This document shows positions 1 to 14,339 of a DNA stretch of 64,000 nucleotides, piece after piece; position 1 is the first letter of the stretch; every line of letters begins with the position of its first letter. Source of the stretch: Eledone cirrhosa (taxonomy: Eukaryota); NCBI GenBank assembly GCA_964016885.1, contig OZ024765.1:6634001-6698000 (forward strand), read 5' to 3'. The translations under genes were made by a program, and so were the position numbers. A model generated the notes under the pieces. That model did not search any database and was not told the DNA's origin. It worked only from the letters and a program-made list of their open reading frames with translations.

Positions 1-1365
1 GTGAGGTTGGTGATGGTGTTGTGTGATTTATAACAGTGTTGTGAGGTTTGAGGTGGTGCTGTGTGGTTTATTGTGACATTGTGTGGCTTATAGGGGTGTT
101 GTGTAGTTTGTACCAGTGTTGTGAGGTTGATGATGGTGTTGTGTGGTTTATATCAGTGTTGTGAGGTTTGAGGTGGTGCAGTGTGGCTTATAGAGGTGTT
201 GTGTAGTTTGTACCAGTGTTGTGAGGTTGGTGATGGTGTTGTGTGGTTTATAACAGTGTTGTGAGGTTTGAGGTGGTGCTGTGTGGTTTATTGTGGCATT
301 GTGTGGCTTATAGCAGTGTTGTGAGGTTGATGATGGTGTTGTCTGGTTTATACCAGTGTTGTGAGGTTTGAGGTGGTGCTGTATGGTTTTTGGTGGTGGT
401 GTAAGGTTTATGACGGTGTTGTGTGGTTTATAGTGGTGTTGCGAGGTTTGAGGTGTTGTTGTGTGGGTTATGGCGGTGATGTGAGGTTTATGGCACTGGT
501 GTGTGGGTGTACAATAGTGGTGTTGGATGGTTGTTGTGAGATTCATGGTGTGTTGTGAGGGATTATGATGTATTGTGGGGGATTATGATGTGTTGTGAGG
601 TTCATAATGTTTTGTGAGGAGTATGGTGTGTTGTGGGGGAATTATGATGTGTTGTGAGGTTTATGGTGTTGTAAGGTTTGTAATTTTGTTGGCAGCGGGT
701 GGTTTAAGGTGCTGTGTTGTGAAGTCTATGATATCAATGTATTTACTGTAGTTAGTTGTGAGGTCTAATGTGCTGTTTTCTTTACTGTGTGGTTGTGAGG
801 TCTCTGGTGTCAATGATGTATTTACTGTGTACTGTGGTGGCGTTGTGTGGTCTATGGTGTTGTGAGGTCTCTGGTATTGATACTGTAATTACTGTGTAGC
901 TGTGAGGTCTATGGTGTAGTTGTGTGGTCTATAGTGTAGTTGTGAGGTCTTTGGTGTAGTTATGAGGTCTATGGTGTAGTTATGAGGTCTATGGTGTAGT
1001 TGTGTGGTCTATGGTGTAGTTGTGTGGTCTATGGTGTAGTTGTGAGGTCTATGGTGTAGTTATGAGGTCTATGGTGTAGTTATGAGGTCTATGGTGTAGT
1101 TATGAGGTCTATGGTGTAGTTATGAGGTCTATGGTGTAGTTGTATAGTCTATGATGTAGTTGTGTGGTCTATGGTGTAGTTGTGTGGTCTATGGTGTAGT
1201 TGTGTGGTCTATGGTGTAGTCTATTATGTAGTTGTGTGGTCTGTGGCCAACAACACTACTACTCTATGGTGTAGTTCTGAGGTCTATGATGTAGTTGTAT
1301 AGTCTATGATGTAGTTGTATAGTCTATGATGTAGTTGTGTGGTCTATGGCGTAGTTGTGAGGTCT
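1..1365. repeat. GT-rich minisatellites (~30-nt units 1-480; 20-nt tgtgaggtctatggtgtagt units 900-1360)
   Basis: Direct inspection. Confidence 0.9.
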
Positions 1366-1494
1366 CAGGTGTGAGGTGCAGTTTCATTCTTCACCAAGGG
1401 CGTTAGCTTGGCGACATGTTGTGTAGGTATGAAATATATGGAGCGGTTACGAAAACGATAGCTTGCAGTCATTATGTTGGATGCACTCGCACAC

Positions 1495-1545
<51 letters not shown>

Positions 1546-1635
1546 GGTTTGTGTGTGTACACTCAGATCTAAATAAAATGTTATACATACATGTGCAGAT
1601 CGGCTATCTTTCACACATACATCCACAGATAAGTG

Positions 1636-1671
<36 letters not shown>

Positions 1672-2017
1672 TACATCCACATATACGTGTGAATATATAT
1701 ATATACACACACACACTCATACATCCACATATACGTGTGAATATATATATATATATACACACACACTCATACATCCACATATACGTGTGAATATATATAT
1801 ATATTCACACGTATATGTATATATATATATATATATATACGCACAAACGTGTCGGTGTGTGAATGTGTATAGGCAGATCTATATATAATTATATACATAC
1901 ATGTGCAGATCGGCCTTCATATATATATATATATATATATCTACCGACACACACACACGTTCGTGTGAGTATATACTCAGATCTGTATATAATTATATAC
2001 ATATATGTGCAGATCGG

Positions 2018-2049
<32 letters not shown>

Positions 2050-2079
2050 AACGTTTAAACTTGGTCATAGGGATTTACA

Positions 2080-2115
<36 letters not shown>

Positions 2116-2235
2116 GTCAGGTTAGGTATACACATATATAGATATGTATGTGTGTATGTATGTGTGTCTGTGTATGTATATATATTTATGTGTGTGTGTA
2201 TATATGTATAGATCATTTTATTTTATTTATATATA

Positions 2236-2357
<122 letters not shown>

Positions 2358-2682
2358 TGTGTGTGTGTGTGTGTGTGTGTGGATCATTTTATTTATAGAT
2401 ATATATATATATATATATGTGTGTGTGAATTAGTTTTGCGAGGTTTTTGATCTGAAATCGTGTGAGTGTGTTCTGTTATTAATTCTGGCAATATTATTAC
2501 ACAAATATGACCCTCCCCGAGTATATATACATATATACATATATATATATATGGTTTCTCTGATTTAAATAACATCAAATACATTTTTTTTAAATAATAT
2601 ATAAAATAATACTTAAAATAACCCCAAACGAGAGAAATATATAATATATAATGAGTAAAAGTTAAGTTTAAAGTTTCTTTAC

Positions 2683-2882
2683 CTTTCAAAAAGTACCCTA
2701 GTAATACAGAGGGCGATGGCTAAAACTGGTACCCAGAGAAGATCCTCAGTTTGGGGTTTGTACATCCCTTGTTCCTTGTTCAGGTAATCCTCCCATGTTA
2801 AATGTCTCGGTAACCAGAACCAGTCATTCCAAAACTTTGTTTTGAGGGAATGCCACCAAGATGTGGCCTCAACGGTCTCCAT
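2683..2882 (-). CDS. Ceramide synthase (Lag1/CerS family), first coding exon; gene continues beyond the left edge of the window
   Basis: METVEATSWWHSLKTKFWNDWFWLPRHLTWEDYLNKEQGMYKPQTEDLLWVPVLAIALCITRVLFER matches the CerS N-terminus (FWxxxFWLP..TW.D....P...DL....R..FER as in CERS5/6). It ends at FER with AG|GTAAAG donor (2682-2681); acceptor cattag at 2892-2891 lies 8 nt before the ATG. Confidence 0.9.
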
Positions 2883-2936
2883 ATCCAGAACTAATGATTG
2901 TATGTGTGTCTCTGTATAGATATATGTGTGTGTGTG

Positions 2937-2968
<32 letters not shown>

Positions 2969-3050
2969 TATGTATGTGTGTGTGTGTCCGTATAGATATA
3001 TGTGTGTGTTTGTAGTGTGTGTATATATATATATTAGAATGTAGTATAAA

Positions 3051-3081
<31 letters not shown>

Positions 3082-3143
3082 AGATCTTACTGACTGACAG
3101 AGGAGGAGGAGGGCCGGAACAACCAACCACAACGGAAATAGAA

Positions 3144-3178
<35 letters not shown>

Positions 3179-4157
3179 TGTATATGTGTGTATGTATCTA
3201 TATATATAGAGAGAGAGAGAGGTGTGTGTGTATATATGTATATTTCTTTTTTTATAGATTTATGTGTGTGTATATATATATATATATGTGTGTGTGTATG
3301 TGTGTTAAGGTGAAAAATTAATTAACATTTATACCGATACATTTTCTCAGTGTATATATAAATATATACGTGTTTGTGTGTCTATATATACATACGTGTG
3401 TGTAAATATATTTATATATATTTATATATGCTTACATTAATTTCTCTATTTTCATTTATATATATATATATATATATATATAGTTATGTGTGTGTATGTC
3501 TATATATATACATCGGTATATGGATGTATATACACATATGTATATGTGTGTGTGTATGTAGCATGTGAATAGAGAGAGAAAATACTGAAGTAAATTTTAT
3601 TTCACAGGAGAGCTCCTTTCTCCCTCCCTCCCACGTTAGAAGTTTTAACTTTTATGGATCTGAGCAAGGGAGATAACTGCGTTAATACAGTTGCCCAAAA
3701 CGCAGCATAGCCGAGTGGTTAAGAAGCTTGCTTTAGAGTCAGGGAATTATAGGTTCGATTTCTGTACCTGGCAACAGAAACAAGATTTTTTTTTAATATA
3801 TACTTTTGGTAATATATATATATGATATACATTTATATATATACTAGAATTTTTCAACTCGCTGATGCGTATGGGTTTATAGTGTGCGTGTGTGTGTGTG
3901 TGCATATACATACATTTATTTGTATGAGTATATAAATATAAATGTGCAAACACAAGCGCACTCACAGACATACATTCACACAAACACACACACACACACA
4001 CATATATATGTATATATATAAATAGAAGGGGTATTTAATTTGTTGGAAGTCCGACAAATATAAATGTTTATAACTGATTTAGAGCACTCAACAGTTTACT
4101 GGAGTAAATATTCAATGATATTAAATAAATGGAAACTATATTTATAAAACCATATTT

Positions 4158-4219
4158 ATATTATTATATATATTTCAAGGGTACCAAGACAACATTGGTA
4201 CGCTTTCATCAGATAAAAT
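4158..4219 (-). ncRNA. Minimal type I hammerhead ribozyme-like motif
   Basis: Minus strand: tattttat-CTGATGA-aagcgtaccaa..ttggtaccctt-GAAA-tatata-TA-ataata. Confidence 0.7.
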
Positions 4220-4339
4220 ACAAAGTTTGTTTTATAAATAGAGACATACCCATAAAAATCATACCTTATCGGTTGGAAATTCACTGGACAGTGAGTATGT
4301 ATATATATATATCATCATCATCATCATCATCATTTTACG

Positions 4340-4505
4340 TCCGCTTTTCCCTGCTTGTAAGATTGGGACGGGTCCTATTCAGCACAGCATCTCTCCACTT
4401 GTCACGGTCCTTCGTCATCTCCACCGTGAGCTTCAGCGATCTGAGGTCTGCTCTCACCACCTCCGCCCATGCTTTTCGTGGTCTTCCTCTACTGCGTCTA
4501 CCTTC
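4340..4505 (-). mobile_element. RTE-type LINE 3' end
   Basis: Minus frame GRRSRGRPRKAWAEVVRADL...DRDKWRDAV..REKRT* followed by (GAT)n tail. Confidence 0.8.
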
Positions 4506-5205
4506 TAAATATATATAGGAAAAGAGTCAGGACCTCGACGGCTGAGTTCCGGTCGTTTCGAACTCGGATCTAGCTAGCAAAACGGCCAGAGCTCAGCCGT
4601 CAGGGTCCTGGCTCTTTTCCTAATACCCACTCTATTACCCTAAGTATCGAGTACTCTGGTATGTTATGGTCCACCTGGTATCTTACCACACCTTCTTTGT
4701 TATATATATATATATAAGCACCCAGCACTCACTGTAAATGAGGTTGGTGTTAGGAAGGACATCCAGCTGTAGAAATCAAGCCAGATCAGTTCCTGTATGA
4801 GCAAGGCATGGTCAGCCGACCAGACACTGCCCACAACAGGACAACCCGTCTAACCCATGCTAGCGTGGAAGAACGGACGTAAAACGGTGATGATGATGAT
4901 GATGATGATATATGAAGCCAGGGCACATTGTAAAGTGGCTGTGTTGGTGACACAACAAAAAGTGACCAGTTCACACTGTAAGATGATCGTTTTGGTAGCA
5001 CAATAAACTCTGCTTCAGTATTGAGTACTCTTCTCTCTCACTCATCATTATATAAGTATCAATATGCTTATTCAGACATAACGTGCATTTTGTAATCAAT
5101 CAGCTCAAGGTATGATCGGCAGTAACCAAGCCTCACCCTGGAATCGATAGCTCATCAAACTTGTGGATTCTCAAGAATATACACATGCATATATATATGT
5201 GGTAT

Positions 5206-5251
<46 letters not shown>

Positions 5252-5615
5252 ATGGTCCCGTAATTCCTGATAGAGTCGTAGGGGTGCCGTATTAACATAC
5301 AGCGATTCTTGGGCAATGTTAAGCGTGTTGGCGCACACCCCTCTCCAGGCCTGAGTACAGCAATTTCTTCCAGAGAGAGGAAGAATCGACCCCAGTACTA
5401 GACTGGTACTTTTTTTTATTGAAAAAGGATGTAGGACAAAAGGATGTAGGGCAAAAGGATGTAGGGCAAAAGGATGTAGGGCAAAAGGATGTAGGGCAAA
5501 AGGATGTAGGGCAAAAGGATGTAGGGCAAAGTTGACCTAGGCGGGATTTGAAGAGAGCAGGAATGAATACCGCAGATATTCTATCCAATGTTCTAACATC
5601 TCTACCAATTCGCCC

Positions 5616-5675
<60 letters not shown>

Positions 5676-5764
5676 ATATATATGTGTGTGTATGTATGTA
5701 TGTATGTATGTATGTATGTATATATATATATACTCTGATATAACACCTGCAACCCTGATGGTAT

Positions 5765-6090
5765 CCAATGATGTTGACTTGTTCTTATTTTTGGTAAATA
5801 TCATCTTGGTTAAGAGAGTGGGACTGGCTTTGTGCAGTGCCTTTGCTCACTATAAAAGCTTCACGGCACAGGCATTGCTTTATATCTGGAGATCTCTCTG
5901 CATTTGTCGTCACATGGTACCATGGGCCCAGCACTATGTGTCAATAATTGTCACAAGTGTAGTGTTTGTACCAGAGTTTTCAAGTCGCTGGCTGGACTAA
6001 AAAGTCACACTCGTTCAGCGCATCGGTAGGGGTTCTCCTACATGGGTATAAAGTAGTGGCCGTACTCGAAAACGAGTTGGCAGCCACCAT
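5765..6090 (+). mobile_element. RTE-like LINE 3' end with C-terminal C2H2 finger
   Basis: Frame [25 protein letters not shown], short 3'UTR hairpin (tactcgaaaacgagt), (AT)n tail; near-identical copy at 12707-13026. Confidence 0.7.
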
Positions 6091-6552
6091 ATATATATAT
6101 GTGTATATATGTGTATGTATGTATGTATGAATGTATATATATATATATATATATATATATCCCATGCTACCGTGGAAGATAAACGTTAAACAGTATTGAT
6201 GATACATATATATATACATATATACATATATATACATATATACATATAAATATATATATCTATATGCATATATATATATATACATATACATATATATATA
6301 TATATATATGCATATTTATATATATATATATATGCATATTTAAAAGTTAAACAAGGTTCAATGAATAAATAAAAGAATGAGTTTTATAATAGATTGGAAG
6401 CACTCAACAGAAATGGTTTTCCAGAGTTATTAATATTAATTCAAAATATTAACAAAATAGATATTCTTGTGATCTAGTTTTGTCATATGTTACTCACTAC
6501 CATGACTGAATCTTAACCATCTACTATGTCAGGGTATGTCATGCATCATCTT

Positions 6553-6617
6553 ATTTTATCTGATGAGGACGTGCTGTTGAAGTTAACTCAGTACCTCTGA
6601 AATATGTATAATAAAAT
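6553..6617 (+). ncRNA. Minimal hammerhead ribozyme-like motif
   Basis: attttat-CTGATGA-ggacgtgctg..cagtacctct-GAAA-tatgta-TA-ataaaat. Confidence 0.65.
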
Positions 6618-6962
6618 ATACTTGATCACAAGAATATCTATTTTGTTAATATTTTGAATTAATATTTATATATGCATATATATCATCATTTCATCATCAT
6701 TTCATTTTACGTCCACTTTTCCCTGCTTGCAAGGGTGGAACGGGAACTGATTCTGGCTTGATTTCTACAGCTGGATGCCCTTCCTAACACCAACCTCATT
6801 TACAGTGAGTGCTGGGTACTTTTTTGCCATGGCACCTCCACGACCACTTTACAGTGGAATGATAGGGACCCCAGTCCCTATCATCTCATTTCTCCAGCTG
6901 AGTAAACTGGAGCAATGTGAAATAAAGTCTCTTGCTCAAGGAAACAACACATATATATATAA

Positions 6963-7010
<48 letters not shown>

Positions 7011-7173
7011 CACACACACATATATATATATTTGCAACAATATGTTTCATACATTTGCAGGATTGATACTTTTCATTTTGTTTTTTCATTGCCAGTTATT
7101 AGAGGAATGTTATTTAAATTAAGTCTGCTGCTCTAATTAAAAATTTCACTGTGTATACACACACGCACGCACG

Positions 7174-7253
<80 letters not shown>

Positions 7254-7519
7254 TTAACATCATTATCACCATCATTGCGACCACAACTAAACATTCCTCA
7301 CAAAGTGTCTCTACAATTCCCGAATTTTCCATTGCCACCAATATTTTTAGACCCAGTCCACCATTGTATATATTATCATCATCATCATCATATTCCACGC
7401 TAACATGGGTTAGATGGGTTTTTTCCATTTGATGCGAGAATGATCGGGAGACCGTCTCTCACTCGTATGGAAGCGTCTCTGGCAGGTATTTTACAGCTGG
7501 ATGCCCTTCCTAACATGAA

Positions 7520-8515
7520 CCACATTTACAGTGTGGACTGGGAGCCTTTTTACTGTGTCTCCTACATGACCACTTTACAGTGTGGACTGGGAGCCTTTTT
7601 ACTGTGTCTCCTACATGACCACTTTACAGTGTGGACTGGGAGCCTTTTTACTGTGTCTCCTACATGACCACTTTACAGTGTGGACTGGGAGCCTTTTTAC
7701 TGTGTCTCCTACATGACCACTTTACAGTGTGGACTGGGAGCCTTTTTACTGTGTCTCCTTCACGACCACTTTACAGTGTGGACTGGGAGCCTTTTTACTG
7801 TGTCTCCTACATGACCACTTTACAGTGTGGACTGGGAGCCTTTTTACTGTGTCTCCTATATGACCACTTTACAGTGTGGACTGGGAGCCTTTTTACTGTG
7901 TCTCCTATATGACCACTTTACAGTGTGGACTGGGAGCCTTTTTACTGTGTTTCCTACACAACCACTTTACAGTGTGGACTGGGAGCCTTTTTACTGTGTC
8001 TCCTACATGACCACTTTACAGTGTGGACTGGGAGCCTTTTTACTGTGTCTCCTACATGACCACTTTACAGTGTGGACTGGGAGCCTTTTTACTGTGTCTT
8101 CTTCACGACCACTTTACAGTGTGGACTGGGAGCCTTTTTACTGTGTCTCCTACATGACCACTTTACAGTGTGGACTGGGAGCCTTTTTACTGTGTCTCCT
8201 ATATGACCACTTTACAGTGTGGACTGGGAGCCTTTTTACTGTGTCTCCTATATGACCACTTTACAGTGTGGACTGGGAGCCTTTTTACTGTGTCGCCTAC
8301 ACAACCACTTTACAGTGTGGACTGGGAGCCTTTTTACTGTGTCTCCTATATGACCACTTTACAGTGTGGACTGGGAGCCTTTTTACTGTGTCTCCTACAT
8401 GACCACTTTACAGTGTGGACTGGGAGCCTTTTTACTGTGTCTCCTATATGACCACTTTACAGTGTGGACTGGGAGCCTTTTTACTGTGTCTCCTACACGA
8501 CCATTTTACAGTGTG
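7520..8515. repeat. 49-nt minisatellite (~20 copies) expanded from a SINE interior
   Basis: ccactttacagtgtggactgggagcctttttactgtgtctcctacatga, continuous with the SINE at 7375-7520. Confidence 0.92.
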
Positions 8516-9269
8516 GGTCTTTACCAAGTCAGTTGCCAGGTGTCGGCAGAGTCATTAGAATGTCAGATGGAATTTTTTGTGGTATTCGTTCTGGATGTCT
8601 GCTCTCTGAGTTCAAATCCTGTTACAGTCAACTTTGCCTTTCAACCTTTCAGGATCGATAAAAAAAGTACCAGTCTACTACTGGGGTCGATTCTTCCTCT
8701 ATATCTCTTTATCATTTTTCCTCTACACGACTATTTTACAGTGTGGACTGGGAGCCTTTTTACCGTGTCTCCTACACGGCCACTTTACAGTGTGGACTGG
8801 GAGCCTTTTTACTGTGTCTCCTACACAACCACCTTACAGTGTGGACTGTTGTGTCATCGACACAGTGGCCGGAACGAGAGAGAGAGGATGGGGTAGGGTG
8901 TGGGCAGTGGGGTGTACATTGGGTTAAGCAGTGCCTTCTGACTGTAGGTTTGTATGCAGTGGCAGTCGGGTCTTCTGTACAACTGCATGAATAATCTTTG
9001 CTTTATAAAAATTATGACCACCATATAGCCATAACTGATGATAATTTTTTTTTTTTTTTTTCTTTTAGAATAATCTTTGCTTTATAATTATAGACAGGTA
9101 TAAAAGATTAAAAATGAAAAAAAAGACGGCAGAAATAATCAAGAGATAAAAAAAGCAACATGAAAATAGAATTTCAATTATAAAAAAAAACACAATTATT
9201 AAATATAATTGTGTGTATGTATCGGGTCTAGAATTGGAATTGATGAGTTAATATCTGTATACAACAACT

Positions 9270-9595
9270 ACAACGGTACGCAATGGGTCCCACCCACAGC
9301 CCCGGTGGACAGAATGGAGAAGGCGTTTCCCCGGAGGACGGCAAGGGAGATGCGCTAGAAAAGCCACTCCAACTCACGGGGCTCGCACCTACGGTGGTGA
9401 GTAGGGTGCTAGCCCTGGAGCCGAGGACACCAGAAGTCTCCACTGCCAGGGGTACGACCGCAAACCTGTCAGAGAGAAACCGGTATTTCAGGAGTTTGGC
9501 CCCCCTCAGCCCGACGCGCAGCAGAACCTGAGTCAGTCGCAGACTGCACCAGGTTGCGGCTGCAGAAAGTGTCGGTGCAAGTGGCATCCCAGATG
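9270..9595 (-). mobile_element. CRE-clade (RLE) non-LTR retrotransposon 3' fragment, frameshifted
   Basis: WDATCTDTF ... KYRFLSDRFAVVPLAVETSGVLG ... ELEWLF*RISLAVLRGNAFSIL. Confidence 0.8.
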
Positions 9596-9673
9596 TAAAT
9601 TTGTATGTATTGAAGCACGTATGATAATAGTAAATATACACACACATATAATATATATATATATGTATATATT

Positions 9674-9745
<72 letters not shown>

Positions 9746-10023
9746 AAGGTTGTGAGTTCAATTCTCAGACCGGGTGATGCGTTGTTTCCTTGAGCAAGAC
9801 ACTTTATTTCACATTGCTCTAGTTTACTCAGCTGTAGAAATGAGATGATAGGGACTGGGGTCCCTATCATTCCACTGCAAAGTGGTCGTGGAGGTGCCAC
9901 AGCAAAAAAGCACCCAGCACTCACTGTAAATGAGGTTGGTGTTAGGAAGGGCATCCAGCTGTAGAAATCAAGCCAGAATCAGTTCCCGTCCCACCCTTGC
10001 AAGCAGGGAAAAGCGGACGTAAA

Positions 10024-10055
<32 letters not shown>

Positions 10056-10334
10056 ATATATATATATATATAAACATATGTGTTTGTTTGTATTTGGCTG
10101 TGTTAGTTAAGTAATAATCATGATTTGTATTAGTTTAATTAGACTTCTCATTAATTTGAATATTAAATATATAGTCTCTTAATTAGAATGTTGATTATTT
10201 TCATTAGATTTCAACTGTCTGAAGTGTGTATGTGTGTAAAGAGAGAGAGAGGGGGGGGGGCTAGAGTGTAGATAGATATACACACATATAACAGTTTGCA
10301 TAGTCAGGCAGATGTACACACATGTAATTCTGTT

Positions 10335-10378
<44 letters not shown>

Positions 10379-10680
10379 AACGAGTAGGACCCCGACGGCT
10401 GAGCTCAAGCCATTTCGATGGCTAATTCACAGAATTAGGCGTCGAAACGGCTTGAGCTCTGCCGTCGGGGTCTTACTTGTTCCTATTACCCACTCTACTA
10501 CCCTAAGTATTGAGTACTTTGATGCGTTATGGTCCACCTGGTTCCTTACCACATTTCCTTCGTTATATATATATAGGAACGAGTAGGACCCCGACGGCTG
10601 AGCTCAAGCCGTTTCGATGGCTAATTCTGGAGTACTTTGATGCGTTATGGTCCATCTGGTTCCTTAGCACATTTCCTTCG

Positions 10681-10726
<46 letters not shown>

Positions 10727-11006
10727 TATATATATATATATATATGTGTATATATCCCTCCTACTGCAAAGTGGTTGTGGAGGTGTCACAACAAAAAAGC
10801 ACCCAATCCACACTGTAAAGTGGTTGTGTAGGCGTAACGGTAAAAAATTTTCTATTAACATTACAAGGGTCTGATGAGCCGCGGATTACAGAGTCGAGTC
10901 GGGTGAGATCGATACAGATTGAACCTTGAGCTGATCAGTGGCAAAACGCGTGTCACCAACCAATAAACGTAATGAAGGAGAAACCAATCGTCCTTGTTAT
11001 CTTATT

Positions 11007-11075
<69 letters not shown>

Positions 11076-11078
<3 letters not shown>

Positions 11079-11340
11079 AGGGATCAGATGTTGTTTACTC
11101 GAGAGAAGGCTACGTTGGTATGGACACGTGATGCGCATGAAAGTCGATAGCTGTATAACAAAGTGCAGGGCAATAAAGATAGACGGTAGCCACAGAATAG
11201 GCAGACCTAGAAAAACCTGGGACGAGCTGATAAACTCTGACCTCACACACTTACACCTCTCCAAGACAATGTCACTGGACCGAGACCTTTGGCGGTACTC
11301 AGTAACAGAGAAGACCCGCCTTGCCAGTAGGCATCTCTAA
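11076..11340 (+). mobile_element. RTE-type LINE 3' fragment; related relic 40270-40410 (-)
   Basis: RRLRWYGHVMRM....GRPRKTW....DL......DRDLWR. Confidence 0.85.
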
Positions 11341-12106
11341 CAAAATACACCCCGTCCCGCCACCACCCCCACCCCATCCACACCACCCCGTTCTATGTAA
11401 AGTTATGTTGGTGCCGCGCCATCCAGGCCGAAACAAATGAGATCGTGTAGGTGTCACGACAAAAAAACACACAGTCCACGCTGTAATGTGGCCGTGTAGG
11501 CAACACGGTAAAAACCTCCCAGACCCACACTGTAAATGTGGTTGGTGTTAGGAAGGGCATCCAACTGTAGAAAACCTGCCAGACAGTCCTATGCGAGCAA
11601 GACAATCACTCTTGCCTCAAGTGGGACTACCCCCGTCCAAACCCATGCAAGCGTGGAACACGGACGTTAAACGTTGATGATGATGATGATGATATATATA
11701 TATAAAATTAAAAAACAGAGTTAAAGATTCACATTCATTCCCTATAAATTAATTAGCACAAGGAATAAATTCCAGTCTCTTTATAAATCAGTATATAGAG
11801 AGAAGTATATGTAGAGATATGGTTTTTGATCCCCTATGATTGAACACATATCTCTATGTATACTTCTCTCTATATGATGATTTATATATATATATATATA
11901 TATATATATCCTTATGACCGTAGAGTGCTCAACTTATCGGGTTGGAAGATGCCAATCACATAGATATGCAGAATTTGCGTCGATCATTCCTGTTGGGAGC
12001 TGTTTAAATGTTAAGTATTTCCGAAGAAAAAGCAAAGGACAAAAGAGCGTTCTGTTTTATACATAGAGCACTCTTTTTTCCTTTGCTTTTTCTTCTGAAA
12101 TACTTA

Positions 12107-12138
<32 letters not shown>

Positions 12139-12668
12139 CATCATCATCATCATCATCATCATCATCGTTTAACGTCTATCTTCCACGCTAGCATGGATTT
12201 GGACGGGAATTTTCCCACTTGAAGCAAGATTGGTTGTCTTGCTCGTATAGGACTGTCTGGCGGGTTTTCTACGGCTGGATGCCCTTCCTAACACCAACCA
12301 CGTTTATATATATATATAAATATTTCCACATTCACCAATTAAACAAAGTCACAGGTATATATGTGGGATTTAGTGATTTAGTCCTAGTATGTATATAAGC
12401 ATTTCTAACATTAATTTTTACCTAATTATGTATGGTTGACCGTGTATTTAATTAATTTCCACGTGCTGTTGAAATGTTGGGTAAATATTCTATAGCAGTT
12501 GCACGCGAAGACGCCGCTTGGCGTATTTATTTACTGTTTCTTCATAGATGCCTTTTATTCTTATAGCCTGGTCTAATTGATTTTTTTGTGTGGTTAATTA
12601 TGCTGATTGGGAGTAGAGATGATGTATATATATTATCAAATAATTCTCTGGACATGCTTTACTCTATA

Positions 12669-12706
<38 letters not shown>

Positions 12707-12708
<2 letters not shown>

Positions 12709-13024
12709 GTTGATTTGTTCTTCTTTTTGGTAAATATCATCTTGGTTAAGAGAGTGGGACTGGCTTTGTGCAGTGCCTTTGCTCACTATAAAAGCTTCAC
12801 GGCACAGGCATTGCTTTATATCTGGAGATCTCTCTGCACTTGTCGTCACATGGTACCATGGGCCCACCACTATGTGTCAATAATTGTCACAAGTGTAGTG
12901 TTTGTACCAGAGTTTTCAAGTCGCTGGCTGGACTAAAATGTCACACTCGTTCAGCGCATCGGTAGGGGTTCTCCTACATGGATATAAAGTAGTGGCCGTA
13001 CTCGAAAACGAGTTGGCAGCCACC

Positions 13025-13026
<2 letters not shown>
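12707..13026 (+). mobile_element. Second copy of the RTE-like 3' end
   Basis: Near-identical to 5765-6090, also set in (TA)n. Confidence 0.7.
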
Positions 13027-13064
<38 letters not shown>

Positions 13065-13499
13065 ATATGTAGTACCATGATGACAAAAAACACCCTGATC
13101 ATCAACTTCATTACTACCATCATCTTCATCACCATTACCACCATTACCATCATCATCATCATCACCATCATCACCATCATCTTCATCACCATCTCCATAA
13201 TCATCACCTTCACCATCATCATCACCATAATCACCATCATCACCACCATCATCACCATCATGATCATGATCATCACCATCATCATCACCATCGCCATCAC
13301 CATCCCAGAACTTGGCACTCATCATCACTAAAGTGCATTAGAACATTCTAGGCGGGGGGGGGGACAGTAAGAGGGAGGGGGACAAACTGTGAGGGGAGTG
13401 AGAGGAGGACAGACAGTAAGAGGGAGAGGGTGAAAGGGGCTGGGAACTATTCCCTATTCATTCATAGCTCCCTTTTTTCTGAGGCTGTTCTAGTTTCTA

Positions 13500-14020
13500 A
13501 CCCCACCCTCTCACCACCACCACCAACAACAACACCAACATCACCAACAACACCTCCACCACCAACAACACCACCACCACCACCAGCAACACCACCAACA
13601 ACAACACCACCAACACCTCCTCCACCACCACCACCACCACTATCATCAACAGCACCAACACCTCCACCACCACCATCAGCAACACCAACAACAACAACAA
13701 CGCCTCCACCACCACCAACAACAACAACACCAACATCACCAATAACACCTCCACCACCGCTATCAGCAACACCACCAACAACAACACCACCACCACCACC
13801 ACCACCACCACTATCAGCAACATCACCAACAACACCTCCACCACCGCTATCAGCAACACCACCAACAACAACAACACCTCCACCACCACCACCACCACCA
13901 CCACCACTATCAGCAACACCACCAACAACAACAACACCTCCACCACCACCACCACCACCACTATCAGCAACACCACCACCACCAACAACAACAACAACAC
14001 CAACATCACCACTACCACAC
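13500..14020. repeat. (CCA/ACA)n compound trinucleotide repeat
   Basis: Direct inspection. Confidence 0.9.
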
Positions 14021-14339
14021 TATGCCACACTACCTAGACCATATTTGACCCCTATTAACTATTATCAGAGTAGAGTTGGTTACCTGCAGGATTGAGATCC
14101 TTCTGGTATTCTTGGGCCCTTAGCCACCTCCCTCGTCACTGCTATTGGGATAGAGTTGGTTACCTGCAGGATTGAGACCCACGAGGAGAATAGGCCTCTT
14201 GTCAAAGCTATTGTAGGGGAGACTTCTAGTGTTCTTGGTCACTGAAAAACCTCCCTAGTCACTGCTATCAGGGTAGTGTTGACCACCCACAAATTTGAGG
14301 CCCATGAAGTGATCTTGTTTTTTGTCAAAGCTCTCGTGA

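Noticed and set aside
1365-1500. Possible ceramide synthase exon 2
   Set aside because: No minus-strand frame with CerS homeodomain/TLC similarity or convincing splice sites
7520-8515. CRISPR-like array
   Set aside because: Contiguous near-identical units without unique spacers; eukaryotic context, no cas genes
13430-14095. Extensin/formin-like Pro/Thr-rich ORF
   Set aside because: Compound (CCA/ACA)n microsatellite
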